32,000 bases of DNA from Nostoc sp. PCC 7120 = FACHB-418. Lineage in GTDB: Bacteria; Cyanobacteriota; Cyanobacteriia; Cyanobacteriales; Nostocaceae. The notes under the pieces were generated by a model. That model saw only the letters and a program-made list of their open reading frames with translations. It made no database searches and was not told the DNA's origin. Positions 24,793 through 32,000 of the stretch are shown here, in pieces (positions within the stretch are counted from its first letter, which is position 1; each line of letters opens with the position of its first letter). The stretch covers positions 6,120,001-6,152,000 of the forward strand of contig NC_003272.1 in NCBI RefSeq assembly GCF_000009705.1, given 5' to 3'. Position numbers and translations under genes: made by a program.

Positions 24793-25452
24793 ATGACCAT
24801 AATCCCGTTTCTGACATCCTATTACAGAGTTCAAAAAGCCCTACAATGGTGGTCTTATAGACAATCGTCTAAATTCATTATGGAGGCTGAAAACATTCGG
24901 GATAGTCTATTACAGGAAACTTTTACCATGCGACGTAACTTAGATTTATTATCTACGAATCCTTGGGAATTATCAAGTGAAAAAATAAAACAATATTTAG
25001 ATAAAGTTGATCATTTGCATCATTCTTTGGTAGACATAAGCGATCGCTTATTTCCTGAGTCGCTACAAGATAGCTTTCCTCTAGCAATTGAGGGATTATT
25101 AAAGTCTTGGCTAGTCGCCAATCCCCATCTATATTTTCATATAGATATGCCCATTTATTGGCGACAAGAACCACCCCAATCTGGTTTAATTATTTTAAAT
25201 TCTCTAGAAGAGTTATTAACAATTACAATTTCCGAGATATTGATGCCTAATTCCATCTATATAAGTCTAAAACAAAAGCAGGAACTAGGACAATTATCTG
25301 TAAAAATAAATTATTCTGAAGTAGGTGCTATTCTTTTTCATTCTAGTTTATCTACCTTGGATCATCTATGTCAAAGTTGTCAATTTTTGACCTCAGCCAA
25401 ATGCTTTTATAATACTCAAGGCTCTAGAGTTTATTGGTACTTCTATTGGTAG
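24793..25452 (+). CDS. HisKA_3-like dimerisation domain protein lacking the phospho-acceptor His (soluble pseudo-histidine-kinase)
   Basis: EAENIRDSLLQETFTMRRNL aligns to the HisKA_3 H-box (..HD.l.Q.l), but Arg takes the place of His. LHHSLVDISDRLFPESLQDSFPLAIEGLL matches the second-helix pattern (R..i..L.P..L.d.gL..Ai..L). The C-terminal half has no recognisable N or G boxes. Confidence 0.55.
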   Translation: MTIIPFLTSYYRVQKALQWWSYRQSSKFIMEAENIRDSLLQETFTMRRNLDLLSTNPWELSSEKIKQYLDKVDHLHHSLVDISDRLFPESLQDSFPLAIEGLLKSWLVANPHLYFHIDMPIYWRQEPPQSGLIILNSLEELLTITISEILMPNSIYISLKQKQELGQLSVKINYSEVGAILFHSSLSTLDHLCQSCQFLTSAKCFYNTQGSRVYWYFYW

Positions 25453-25596
25453 ATATTATCATGAATTTAACGACATTAATCCATTTAAATTGATTTTGCA
25501 TCAAATAGATGTACCTATTGTTTATTACATAAAATATTTTTCGGCAGACATTACAAACAATCACTAGTCAATTATTTGTTCAGCAAAGGATTAATT

Positions 25597-26274
25597 ATGC
25601 AACAGACCATATCTGAAAAAGCACTAAGGAATTTTCTAGTAATTGATGATCATGAATCAGTTCTAAGCGGCACAGTAGAAGTATTAAAAAGACATTATCC
25701 TGAAGGCAATTTTGTCGTAGCGATTAATGCGGAAAGTGCTTTTAATCAGCTAACTATTTGTCCACCAGACCTGATAGTCATGGATCTTTCCATCCCTGAA
25801 AAATTAGGAATTAAAGCCCGCCCAGATACAGGTGTGCGACTGCTGAGAACACTGATGAAAAATTATCCCAGTTTGAACATCATTGTACAGAGCGCTCATA
25901 TTAGAACACTAGTGAGAATCCGACCAGATATTGATACTCATAAGGGAGGTTTCACCGTTGCTGATAAAAGTCTATCTACGCAAGAAATGTTGACTAGAGT
26001 AGATTGGGCATTACAAGGCTTAACTCATACAAAAGATATTAAGGGAATCCATGCGGGACTAGAAATAAAACCAGAATGGTTGAGAGTTTTAACCTTGGCT
26101 TTTGAGGAAGGATTACAAGATAAAGCTATTGCCGAACAAATGTGTATTTCAGAACGCATGGTACGGCATTATTGGAGTAAATTACAAGATGCTTTGGGTG
26201 TTTATCCTGATGAGGGAAAAAATATCCGCATTCAAACCGAAAAGCGGGCTAGAGAAGAAGGGTTGATTGATTGA
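25597..26274 (+). CDS. NarL/LuxR-family response regulator (REC domain plus a C-terminal LuxR-type HTH)
   Basis: REC residues are present: VIDDHE, the acceptor in LIVMDLSIP, IVQSAH and ADKS. The C-terminal HTH is EGLQDKAIAEQMCISERMVRHYWSKLQDALGV. I use the ATG at 25597, which has AAGGA upstream. Confidence 0.85.
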   Translation: MQQTISEKALRNFLVIDDHESVLSGTVEVLKRHYPEGNFVVAINAESAFNQLTICPPDLIVMDLSIPEKLGIKARPDTGVRLLRTLMKNYPSLNIIVQSAHIRTLVRIRPDIDTHKGGFTVADKSLSTQEMLTRVDWALQGLTHTKDIKGIHAGLEIKPEWLRVLTLAFEEGLQDKAIAEQMCISERMVRHYWSKLQDALGVYPDEGKNIRIQTEKRAREEGLID

Positions 26275-26376
26275 AAATGAACATTACATGACTATGAGTA
26301 ATTAATGGTGGTAGTTGATCTATCCCTAATTAATTAAACCTGACCAATTACTCATACTAAAGACTAGGAGAATAGC

Positions 26377-28236
26377 ATGATGCAACCTGGACTTTGGAGT
26401 GGAATTAAAGCAGAAATTGCCATTTGGCGTGTAGGTATATTACCAGGATTAGCAGTCATTGGACTAGTCGTTTTTACAAGACTCATCGGTTCACTAGAGT
26501 CATTAGAATGGATGGCTTTTGATAGCTTCCTACTTTGGCGTTCCGAAGAATCTATAGATGCACGAATTTTGTTAGTAGAAATTAATCAAAATGATAATTA
26601 TTCTCTAACATCAACTATATCAAATAGTAGTTTCATAGGGGTGATAGAGAAGTTACAAGTTTATCAGCCTAAAGTTATTGGTCTAGAAGTTGATCAGCAT
26701 TTACTCATTAATTCTCAAGAGGATAAACTAGCAAAGATTTTCCAAAAGTACAAAAATTTGATTGCTAACGAAAAAATTTTGCCTCTCCAGGTTCATTCGT
26801 ATCTAGATTTACCTAATGAACAGATTACTTTTGCAGACCAAATCCTAGATAATGATGGTAAATCTAGGCGTAGTCTATTGGCAATTAATACATCTAATGG
26901 CTACAAATTATCTTTGGCTATGGAATTAGCAAGAATTTATTTGGCTGAGAAAAATATTAGTTTAGAAAATAGTCGGTTAGGAAAAACGAAACTACCCCGC
27001 TTTTTACCAAACTCTGGAGGATATATCCGTGCTGATGCAAGTGGATTTCAAGTACTAATAAATTTTCGGAGTGGTAACCAAAGATTTAGAACTTTATCTG
27101 GGGAGGACATTAAAAATGGTAAATTTAACCCTGAGTGGATACGCGATCGCATAGTCATTATCGGTATCACAAATACTCACAATCAGGGCTTTATCCCCAC
27201 TTCAGCAATTACATCAGTTAAATCAGCCTCTACACAAGTTAACAAATTGGAAATTCAAGCACACGCCATCAGTCAAATTATTAGTGCTGTGCTTGATGGT
27301 AGACCCCTCATTAATACTTGGAATGATGGATGGGAATATACTTGGATTTTTGCCTGGGGTTTTTTAGGAATAGTGATTGCTAGGTTCACTAAATCCCCAT
27401 TAATAAATTTTTTGGTTGTGGGAATAACTATCAGTAGTTTATTAGTTATTAGTTACCTACTATTAATTTGGGGGTGGTGGGTTCCAGTCATACCTGCAAT
27501 TTTAGTTTTGACCATAAATGGTATGGAACTGATAGCGTTATATCAATATGACCAAGCTTTACGCTTAGGGATGAAAACCCGTCAAGACGTAATAGAAAGT
27601 ACCTTTGAAACTATCCATAACGGCCCACTACAAAGTTTAGCCCAAGTTTTGAAATTGATACGCTGCGAGAATACAAATACTCAGGAATTGCTCCCAAAAA
27701 TTGAAAAAGAACTAGAGAAATTAAATCATGAGCTACGAGGAATTTACGAATTTTTGCAGCAAGAATATCCCAGTCAAGATATCAAGCTCTATTTAGGAAA
27801 TAATTTAGTACTCAGTTTGCAAGATCCACTACACGAAGTCCTCTATCAAGTTTATAGTTACACCTTAGATCGGGAGTTTCCTTGCTTTAAAACAATTAAA
27901 GTTGCTATACGTAGCTTTGAACCAATAGATGAACAAAGCTTAAGTATGGAACAAAAACGAGGAATTTGTAGATTTTTAGAAGAAGCTTTATGTAATGTAG
28001 GTAAACACGCTACTGGAGTCACTAAACTCCAAGTCACTTGCTCGCTAATAGCAGGTTGGTACACGTTGAAAATTATAGATAATGGCTTAGGCGTAAATTC
28101 ATCTAAAAAAGGACGAGGAACCCAACAGTTTATCAATTTAGCACGACAACTAGGGGGAAAATTCCAGCGATCGCCCCAAATCCCCCAAGGAACCATCTGT
28201 GAATTATCTTGGCCAGTCAGCAAGTTTTGGAGATAG
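26377..28236 (+). CDS. CHASE2 sensor domain histidine kinase (HisKA_3/NarX-DesK type)
   Basis: An N-terminal TM helix is followed by a periplasmic domain of about 300 aa and three TM helices (WIFAWGFLGIVIA, LVVGITISSLLVISYLLLIW, VIPAILVLTINGM), which is the CHASE2 topology. The kinase boxes follow: H-box IHNGPLQSLA, N-box EEALCNVGKHA, G1 IIDNGLG and G2 GRGTQQ. A strong SD, AGGAG, precedes the ATG. Confidence 0.85.
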   Translation: MMQPGLWSGIKAEIAIWRVGILPGLAVIGLVVFTRLIGSLESLEWMAFDSFLLWRSEESIDARILLVEINQNDNYSLTSTISNSSFIGVIEKLQVYQPKVIGLEVDQHLLINSQEDKLAKIFQKYKNLIANEKILPLQVHSYLDLPNEQITFADQILDNDGKSRRSLLAINTSNGYKLSLAMELARIYLAEKNISLENSRLGKTKLPRFLPNSGGYIRADASGFQVLINFRSGNQRFRTLSGEDIKNGKFNPEWIRDRIVIIGITNTHNQGFIPTSAITSVKSASTQVNKLEIQAHAISQIISAVLDGRPLINTWNDGWEYTWIFAWGFLGIVIARFTKSPLINFLVVGITISSLLVISYLLLIWGWWVPVIPAILVLTINGMELIALYQYDQALRLGMKTRQDVIESTFETIHNGPLQSLAQVLKLIRCENTNTQELLPKIEKELEKLNHELRGIYEFLQQEYPSQDIKLYLGNNLVLSLQDPLHEVLYQVYSYTLDREFPCFKTIKVAIRSFEPIDEQSLSMEQKRGICRFLEEALCNVGKHATGVTKLQVTCSLIAGWYTLKIIDNGLGVNSSKKGRGTQQFINLARQLGGKFQRSPQIPQGTICELSWPVSKFWR

Positions 28237-28326
28237 TAATCCCCAATTCCCTGCAATTTGCCCAGCAACCATGCCACTATAGAAAACATAGCTTTAAACA
28301 TAGCAAAAAGAAGGCTAGAAAACGCT

Positions 28327-29295
28327 GTGCAGATTACATTTTTAGGGACAAGTTCTGGTGTACCCACAAGAGCGCGCAATGTTTCCAGCGTTGCGCTGAG
28401 ACTACCGCAACGGGCAGAGTTGTGGTTATTTGACTGTGGCGAAGGTACTCAACACCAAATTTTGCGGAGTGACTTAAAAGTCAGCCAATTGTCCCGAATA
28501 TTTATTACCCATCTGCATGGTGATCACATTTTTGGTTTAATGGGTCTTCTTGCTAGTTGTGGCTTGGCGGGTAATGTTCAAAGAGTTGATATTTACGGCC
28601 CATCGGGTTTAAACGATTATATCCAATCGGCTTCTCGCTATTCTCATACACATTTTTCCTATCCCATTAAAGTCCATACTGTCCGTCCTGGTGTCATCTA
28701 TGAAAATGATGAATTTACCGTAACTTGTGGACTATTACATCATCGCATCACCGCCTTTGGCTATCGCGTAGCCGAAAAAGACCGAGCTGGACGCTTTGAT
28801 ATAGAAAAAGCCAAAGAATTACAAATCCCTCCTGGGAGAATTTATGGTCAACTCAAGCGTGGTGAAACCGTTACCCTTGAAGATGGGCGTGTCATTAACG
28901 GTGCAGAATTATGTGGCCCTACAGAAATTGGGCGGAAAATGGCCTACTGCACAGACACAATATACTGTGATGGTGCTGTTGAATTAGCTCAAGATGCAGA
29001 CGTGTTAATTCACGAAGCCACCTTTGCCCATCAAGATTCAGAAATGGCTTTTCAGCGATTACACTCAACAACAACAATGGCAGCACAAACAGCCTTAGCT
29101 GCTGGAGTGCGTCGATTACTGATGACTCACTTCAGTCCTCGCTATGCACCTGGTAACACTATAGAGTTAAAAGATTTGCTACAAGAAGCCCGTGCCATCT
29201 TTCCGCGTACAGATATGGCCTATGATTTTATGACTTATGAAGTACCCAGACGACGAGAACCCGTATTCAGCTCAGTCTCCTCAAGTTCGGTGTAG
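28327..29295 (+). CDS. rnz: ribonuclease Z (tRNA 3' endonuclease, metallo-beta-lactamase fold)
   Basis: VQITFLGTSSGVPT at the N-terminus, HLHGDH and a C-terminal THFSPRY are present. I favour the GTG start at 28327, which gives about 322 aa, over the track's TTG at 28258. The start is not certain. Confidence 0.85.
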   Translation: MQITFLGTSSGVPTRARNVSSVALRLPQRAELWLFDCGEGTQHQILRSDLKVSQLSRIFITHLHGDHIFGLMGLLASCGLAGNVQRVDIYGPSGLNDYIQSASRYSHTHFSYPIKVHTVRPGVIYENDEFTVTCGLLHHRITAFGYRVAEKDRAGRFDIEKAKELQIPPGRIYGQLKRGETVTLEDGRVINGAELCGPTEIGRKMAYCTDTIYCDGAVELAQDADVLIHEATFAHQDSEMAFQRLHSTTTMAAQTALAAGVRRLLMTHFSPRYAPGNTIELKDLLQEARAIFPRTDMAYDFMTYEVPRRREPVFSSVSSSSV

Positions 29296-29342
29296 GGCTT
29301 TACAAGTAAACCCCAATAGCCTTAGGAGTGAATCTAGTGGGG

Positions 29343-29371
29343 AACGCACCAAAAATCTCGGATGGTGCGTT
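29343..29371. terminator. 8-bp hairpin (AACGCACC/GGTGCGTT) between the convergent rnz and lipoprotein genes
   Basis: The stem pairs 29343-50 with 29364-71 around a 13-nt loop. No T-tract follows on either strand. Confidence 0.3.
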
Positions 29372-29408
29372 GCGCTAGGCGACAACACACCGTACCGATG
29401 AAATTCAC

Positions 29409-30908
29409 TCAACTAGATTCTGATGATTCTGTCGGCTGTTCTGTGACTGTAGGTGTTGGCGTTACTGTAGGGCGGGGACGACGTTTGAAGTAATCGCCCA
29501 AGTTGACTTTCTTCCGTTGAGTCACTGGTTTTTCTAATTCAGCTGGTGATGTAGGTGTTACCTCTGGCTGTGGTTCTGGGGTAATTGTCGGTGATGCTGT
29601 GGGTGTTACCTCTGGCTGTGGTTCTGGGGTAACTGTCGGTGATGCTGTGGGTGTTACCTCTGGTTGCGGTTCCGGGGTAATTGTGGGTGATGGTATGGGT
29701 GTCACCTCTGGTTGTGGTAGAGGCGACTCAGTTACCTCTGGTAATGTCGGAGTCAGACTAGGAGATGGTTGAGGACGAGGGCGGCTAAAGAATCCACCGC
29801 CTTTAGGTTTTTCTGGTTCAAGAGTTGTTGTTTGTGGTGGTTCAGTAGCTTCAGGGGTAGGGACTATTTCCGTAACTTCCGGTAACGCTGACTTTTCTGG
29901 TTCTGGGCTAGGAGTTGCCACAGGTGTTGGTTCTGCAACCGATGGTTTAGCCACATAAATCGGGTCTACAATGCCACGTACTTCCTCAGCGTTCAATTCT
30001 CCCCTAACAATTCTGGACAAAGTATCTTTACTATTGGGTTGGTAGTCAAAAAGTCTGACTGTAGTATTAAAAGCATTCTTGACTGGATTTCCTTGATTAT
30101 CCAGGAATTCCAGCTTCACCCAATTTTTTCCAGGCTTAAAGCCTTTGAGGTAAACTGCTTGCCAGCGATCAAATACAAAGCTCTCACCATTTATAGTGCA
30201 GCGAATACGCCAATCACTAAATTGGTCATTGGATTGCTCTTTCGCAGCTAGATGTAAAGGGGCGTTAGCCAGGTAAAAATCTAACAAGATTGGTTCTGCC
30301 CCATAACTGCCTTGAGGACTGCTGTAAGTCAATAGAGGTAGTCTGGAGTCTGGATTATTGTCGTCGCTTTTCGTAAAAACGTGAAATGTCGTCTGGGCGT
30401 AAGCACCCTCATTTTTAAAACTTTCATGCCAAGGACGGGAAGCAAAGACGCGCAGAGTATGAGTACCTGGAGACAAGTCAGACAACACCAAAGGCTGACT
30501 TAAGTCATAAACGGGCATATAAGGTTGATTATCCACAATTACGTGTAGATAAGGGCCTAACTGCCATTGAGGATGCTTAAAAATTGGCAGATCCTTAACT
30601 TGGAACCTCACCGAGACAGTATTGTCACTAATCACTTCCTCTGGTTGAGGGTTAACTATTGTCACCTGTGGTTGATAAATTTCTAAATTAGAACGTAATT
30701 CTTGAATCACATCTGGTGGTGAGACTTCGGAAAATTGCTGAGAAATCTGCTGAGGTTTGTCTCTTGCACTAATGGATACCTGTTGACTAACAGCTTTCTC
30801 ACTACAACTAGCCAAACCTAAGACTAGTACTAGTGTGATCAGCCACCTCAAAATAGTCGAACTTCCCAGAAGAACTTTCCTGAAAGGCCTTTTGTGCCAA
30901 GGGTTCAT
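29409..30908 (-). CDS. putative lipoprotein with a C-terminal proline-rich tandem-repeat region
   Basis: The signal peptide carries a lipobox (LVLVLGLASC). A globular region of about 300 aa from no family I recognise is followed by PEPQPEVTPTASPT(V/I)T repeats. Confidence 0.7.
   Translation of the reverse strand: MNPWHKRPFRKVLLGSSTILRWLITLVLVLGLASCSEKAVSQQVSISARDKPQQISQQFSEVSPPDVIQELRSNLEIYQPQVTIVNPQPEEVISDNTVSVRFQVKDLPIFKHPQWQLGPYLHVIVDNQPYMPVYDLSQPLVLSDLSPGTHTLRVFASRPWHESFKNEGAYAQTTFHVFTKSDDNNPDSRLPLLTYSSPQGSYGAEPILLDFYLANAPLHLAAKEQSNDQFSDWRIRCTINGESFVFDRWQAVYLKGFKPGKNWVKLEFLDNQGNPVKNAFNTTVRLFDYQPNSKDTLSRIVRGELNAEEVRGIVDPIYVAKPSVAEPTPVATPSPEPEKSALPEVTEIVPTPEATEPPQTTTLEPEKPKGGGFFSRPRPQPSPSLTPTLPEVTESPLPQPEVTPIPSPTITPEPQPEVTPTASPTVTPEPQPEVTPTASPTITPEPQPEVTPTSPAELEKPVTQRKKVNLGDYFKRRPRPTVTPTPTVTEQPTESSESS
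29554..29720. repeat. 48-nt tandem repeat x3.5 inside the lipoprotein CDS (encodes a 16-aa Pro/Thr/Glu unit)
   Basis: The units are 29554-29601, 29602-29649, 29650-29697 and a partial unit at 29698-29720. Units 1 and 2 differ by 1 nt. Confidence 0.9.
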
Positions 30909-31417
30909 ACCTTATACCTAGTTATAGTCTTGAACAACTGCAATTATTGTGGCTGAATTGAGCGATCGCCTACTATCACCTACAAGCTGAAATCTTCATC
31001 ACATACCATGAGTTTTTAGTAAAAATTAAAAATCAGGATTTTTTTTACAATTTGTTGTAAACATCAAAAACTAGATGAAAATAAATATACCCAAAGCAAA
31101 CTCAGCAAATTTGTCGTTGTTTTGGTATCAGAGGACATAAGTTTTACGAATTGTTATCCTTTGTAAATTAAATAGAGAAAGTATTGACTTTTTGCTAAAC
31201 ACTTTGCAGTGAAAAGGCAGATTAGACAAATATTCTGGCTATTTTGAATTATTGTTAAAATGTGTCTAACAAAGTACAAGTAAAGACTTTATAATTCAAC
31301 AGAAACAAATTTCCACATAGCGCTTTCATCGCTGCTCCAGCCACACTCTGGAGAAAGCGACTAAGTATCACTTTGTGGTTTCATGATTCCTCATTCCTTA
31401 TCACCAGAGGAGGTCGA

Positions 31418-32000
31418 ATGACAATTAGTCCTCCGGAGCGAGAGGAAAAGAAAGCAAGAGTAATCGTCGATAAAGATCCGGTTCCTACCTCATTTGAAAA
31501 ATGGGCTCAGCCAGGACACTTCGACAGAACTCTCGCTAGAGGTCCAAAAACCACCACATGGATTTGGAACCTCCACGCTCTCGCCCACGATTTTGATACA
31601 CATACAAGCGATTTAGAAGACATCTCCCGCAAAATATTTGCGGCGCACTTCGGCCACCTGGCAGTTGTGACAATTTGGTTGAGCGGGATGATTTTCCATG
31701 GCGCGAAGTTTTCTAACTACGAAGCCTGGTTAAGTGACCCGTTGAACGTGAGACCCAGTGCTCAAGTCGTTTGGCCCATTGTTGGACAAGACATATTGAA
31801 TGGTGATGTCGGTGGTGGATTCCACGGTATTCAGATCACCTCAGGCTTGTTCCAAGTATGGCGTGGCTGGGGTATCACCAACTCCTTCCAGCTTTACTGC
31901 ACAGCTATCGGCGGCTTGGTATTAGCAGGCTTGTTCCTATTTGCTGGCTGGTTCCACTACCATAAACGCGCTCCCAAACTGGAATGGTTCCAGAATGTGG
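31418..32000 (+). CDS. psaA: photosystem I P700 chlorophyll a apoprotein A1 (5' part; continues beyond the window)
   Basis: My translation, [84 protein letters not shown]..., is the canonical PsaA N-terminus. The SD GGAGG lies 6 nt upstream. Confidence 0.95.
   Translation, partial: MTISPPEREEKKARVIVDKDPVPTSFEKWAQPGHFDRTLARGPKTTTWIWNLHALAHDFDTHTSDLEDISRKIFAAHFGHLAVVTIWLSGMIFHGAKFSNYEAWLSDPLNVRPSAQVVWPIVGQDILNGDVGGGFHGIQITSGLFQVWRGWGITNSFQLYCTAIGGLVLAGLFLFAGWFHYHKRAPKLEWFQNV

Noticed and set aside
28258-28326. A TTG start at 28258 for RNase Z, which would add 23 residues.
   Set aside because: RNase Z proteins normally begin directly with the x-I-T-F-LGT strand. The GTG at 28327 gives that N-terminus and a typical length of about 322 aa. 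I cannot exclude the longer form from the sequence alone.
435-30251. Short track ORFs lying antisense to or out of frame within larger, well-supported genes: 435-617, 3385-3582, 3905-4195, 8771-9034, 9715-9915, 10567-10830, 12581-12772, 12983-13174, 13925-14143, 14765-14947, 15222-15446, 15886-16104, 16094-16276, 21919-22242, 22603-22788, 24095-24352, 24216-24467, 24953-25174, 27858-28379, 28209-28433 and 30039-30251.
   Set aside because: Each overlaps a longer ORF with clear family motifs, or is made of repeat sequence. None has a convincing SD, and their translations look low-complexity with no recognisable domains. I treat them as shadow ORFs.

Overview
The window is a chromosomal segment from a filamentous Nostoc/Anabaena-type cyanobacterium. 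Three things support this: HIP1 octamers (GCGATCGC) occur throughout, 7-8 nt STRR-type tandem repeats lie between and inside genes, and psaA and psb30 are present. About half the window is ordinary housekeeping: a CrtI-family oxidoreductase, an M16 peptidase, a fructosamine kinase, recJ, psb30, a YkgJ-type Cys-cluster protein, a split UPF0016 pair, moeA, sat, rnz and the start of psaA. Two accessory regions stand out. (1) 7.2-10.2 kb is a small toxin-antitoxin islet. It holds an Xre-ImmA/IrrE fusion whose HExxH reads HGxxH plus a PIN-like partner, an AT-rich orphan ORF, and a VapBC-like pair. (2) 16.4-28.2 kb is the most interesting locus. Eight same-strand small genes encode double-glycine (GG/GA) leader peptides: a 4x ~400-nt tandem array plus four divergent cassettes. 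Three transcription units share an upstream module, nested covarying hairpins sit between the array copies, and three cassettes end in related terminator hairpins. These genes are followed by one C39-peptidase ABC exporter and a HlyD adaptor. Next come a His-less HisKA_3 pseudo-kinase, a NarL/LuxR response regulator and a CHASE2 histidine kinase. No modification enzymes, core cysteines or obvious immunity gene are visible. The architecture resembles Gram-positive com/blp peptide-pheromone or bacteriocin systems, but with a CHASE2 sensor; that link is inference only. Other notable points are a Tat-signal pseudo-orthocaspase with a Tyr/Ser dyad, STRR repeats inserted in frame in several CDSs, opposed G-rich and C-rich octamer arrays, and a 48-nt tandem repeat inside a Pro-rich lipoprotein gene. 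I saw no rRNA, tRNA, CRISPR array, transposase or integrase.
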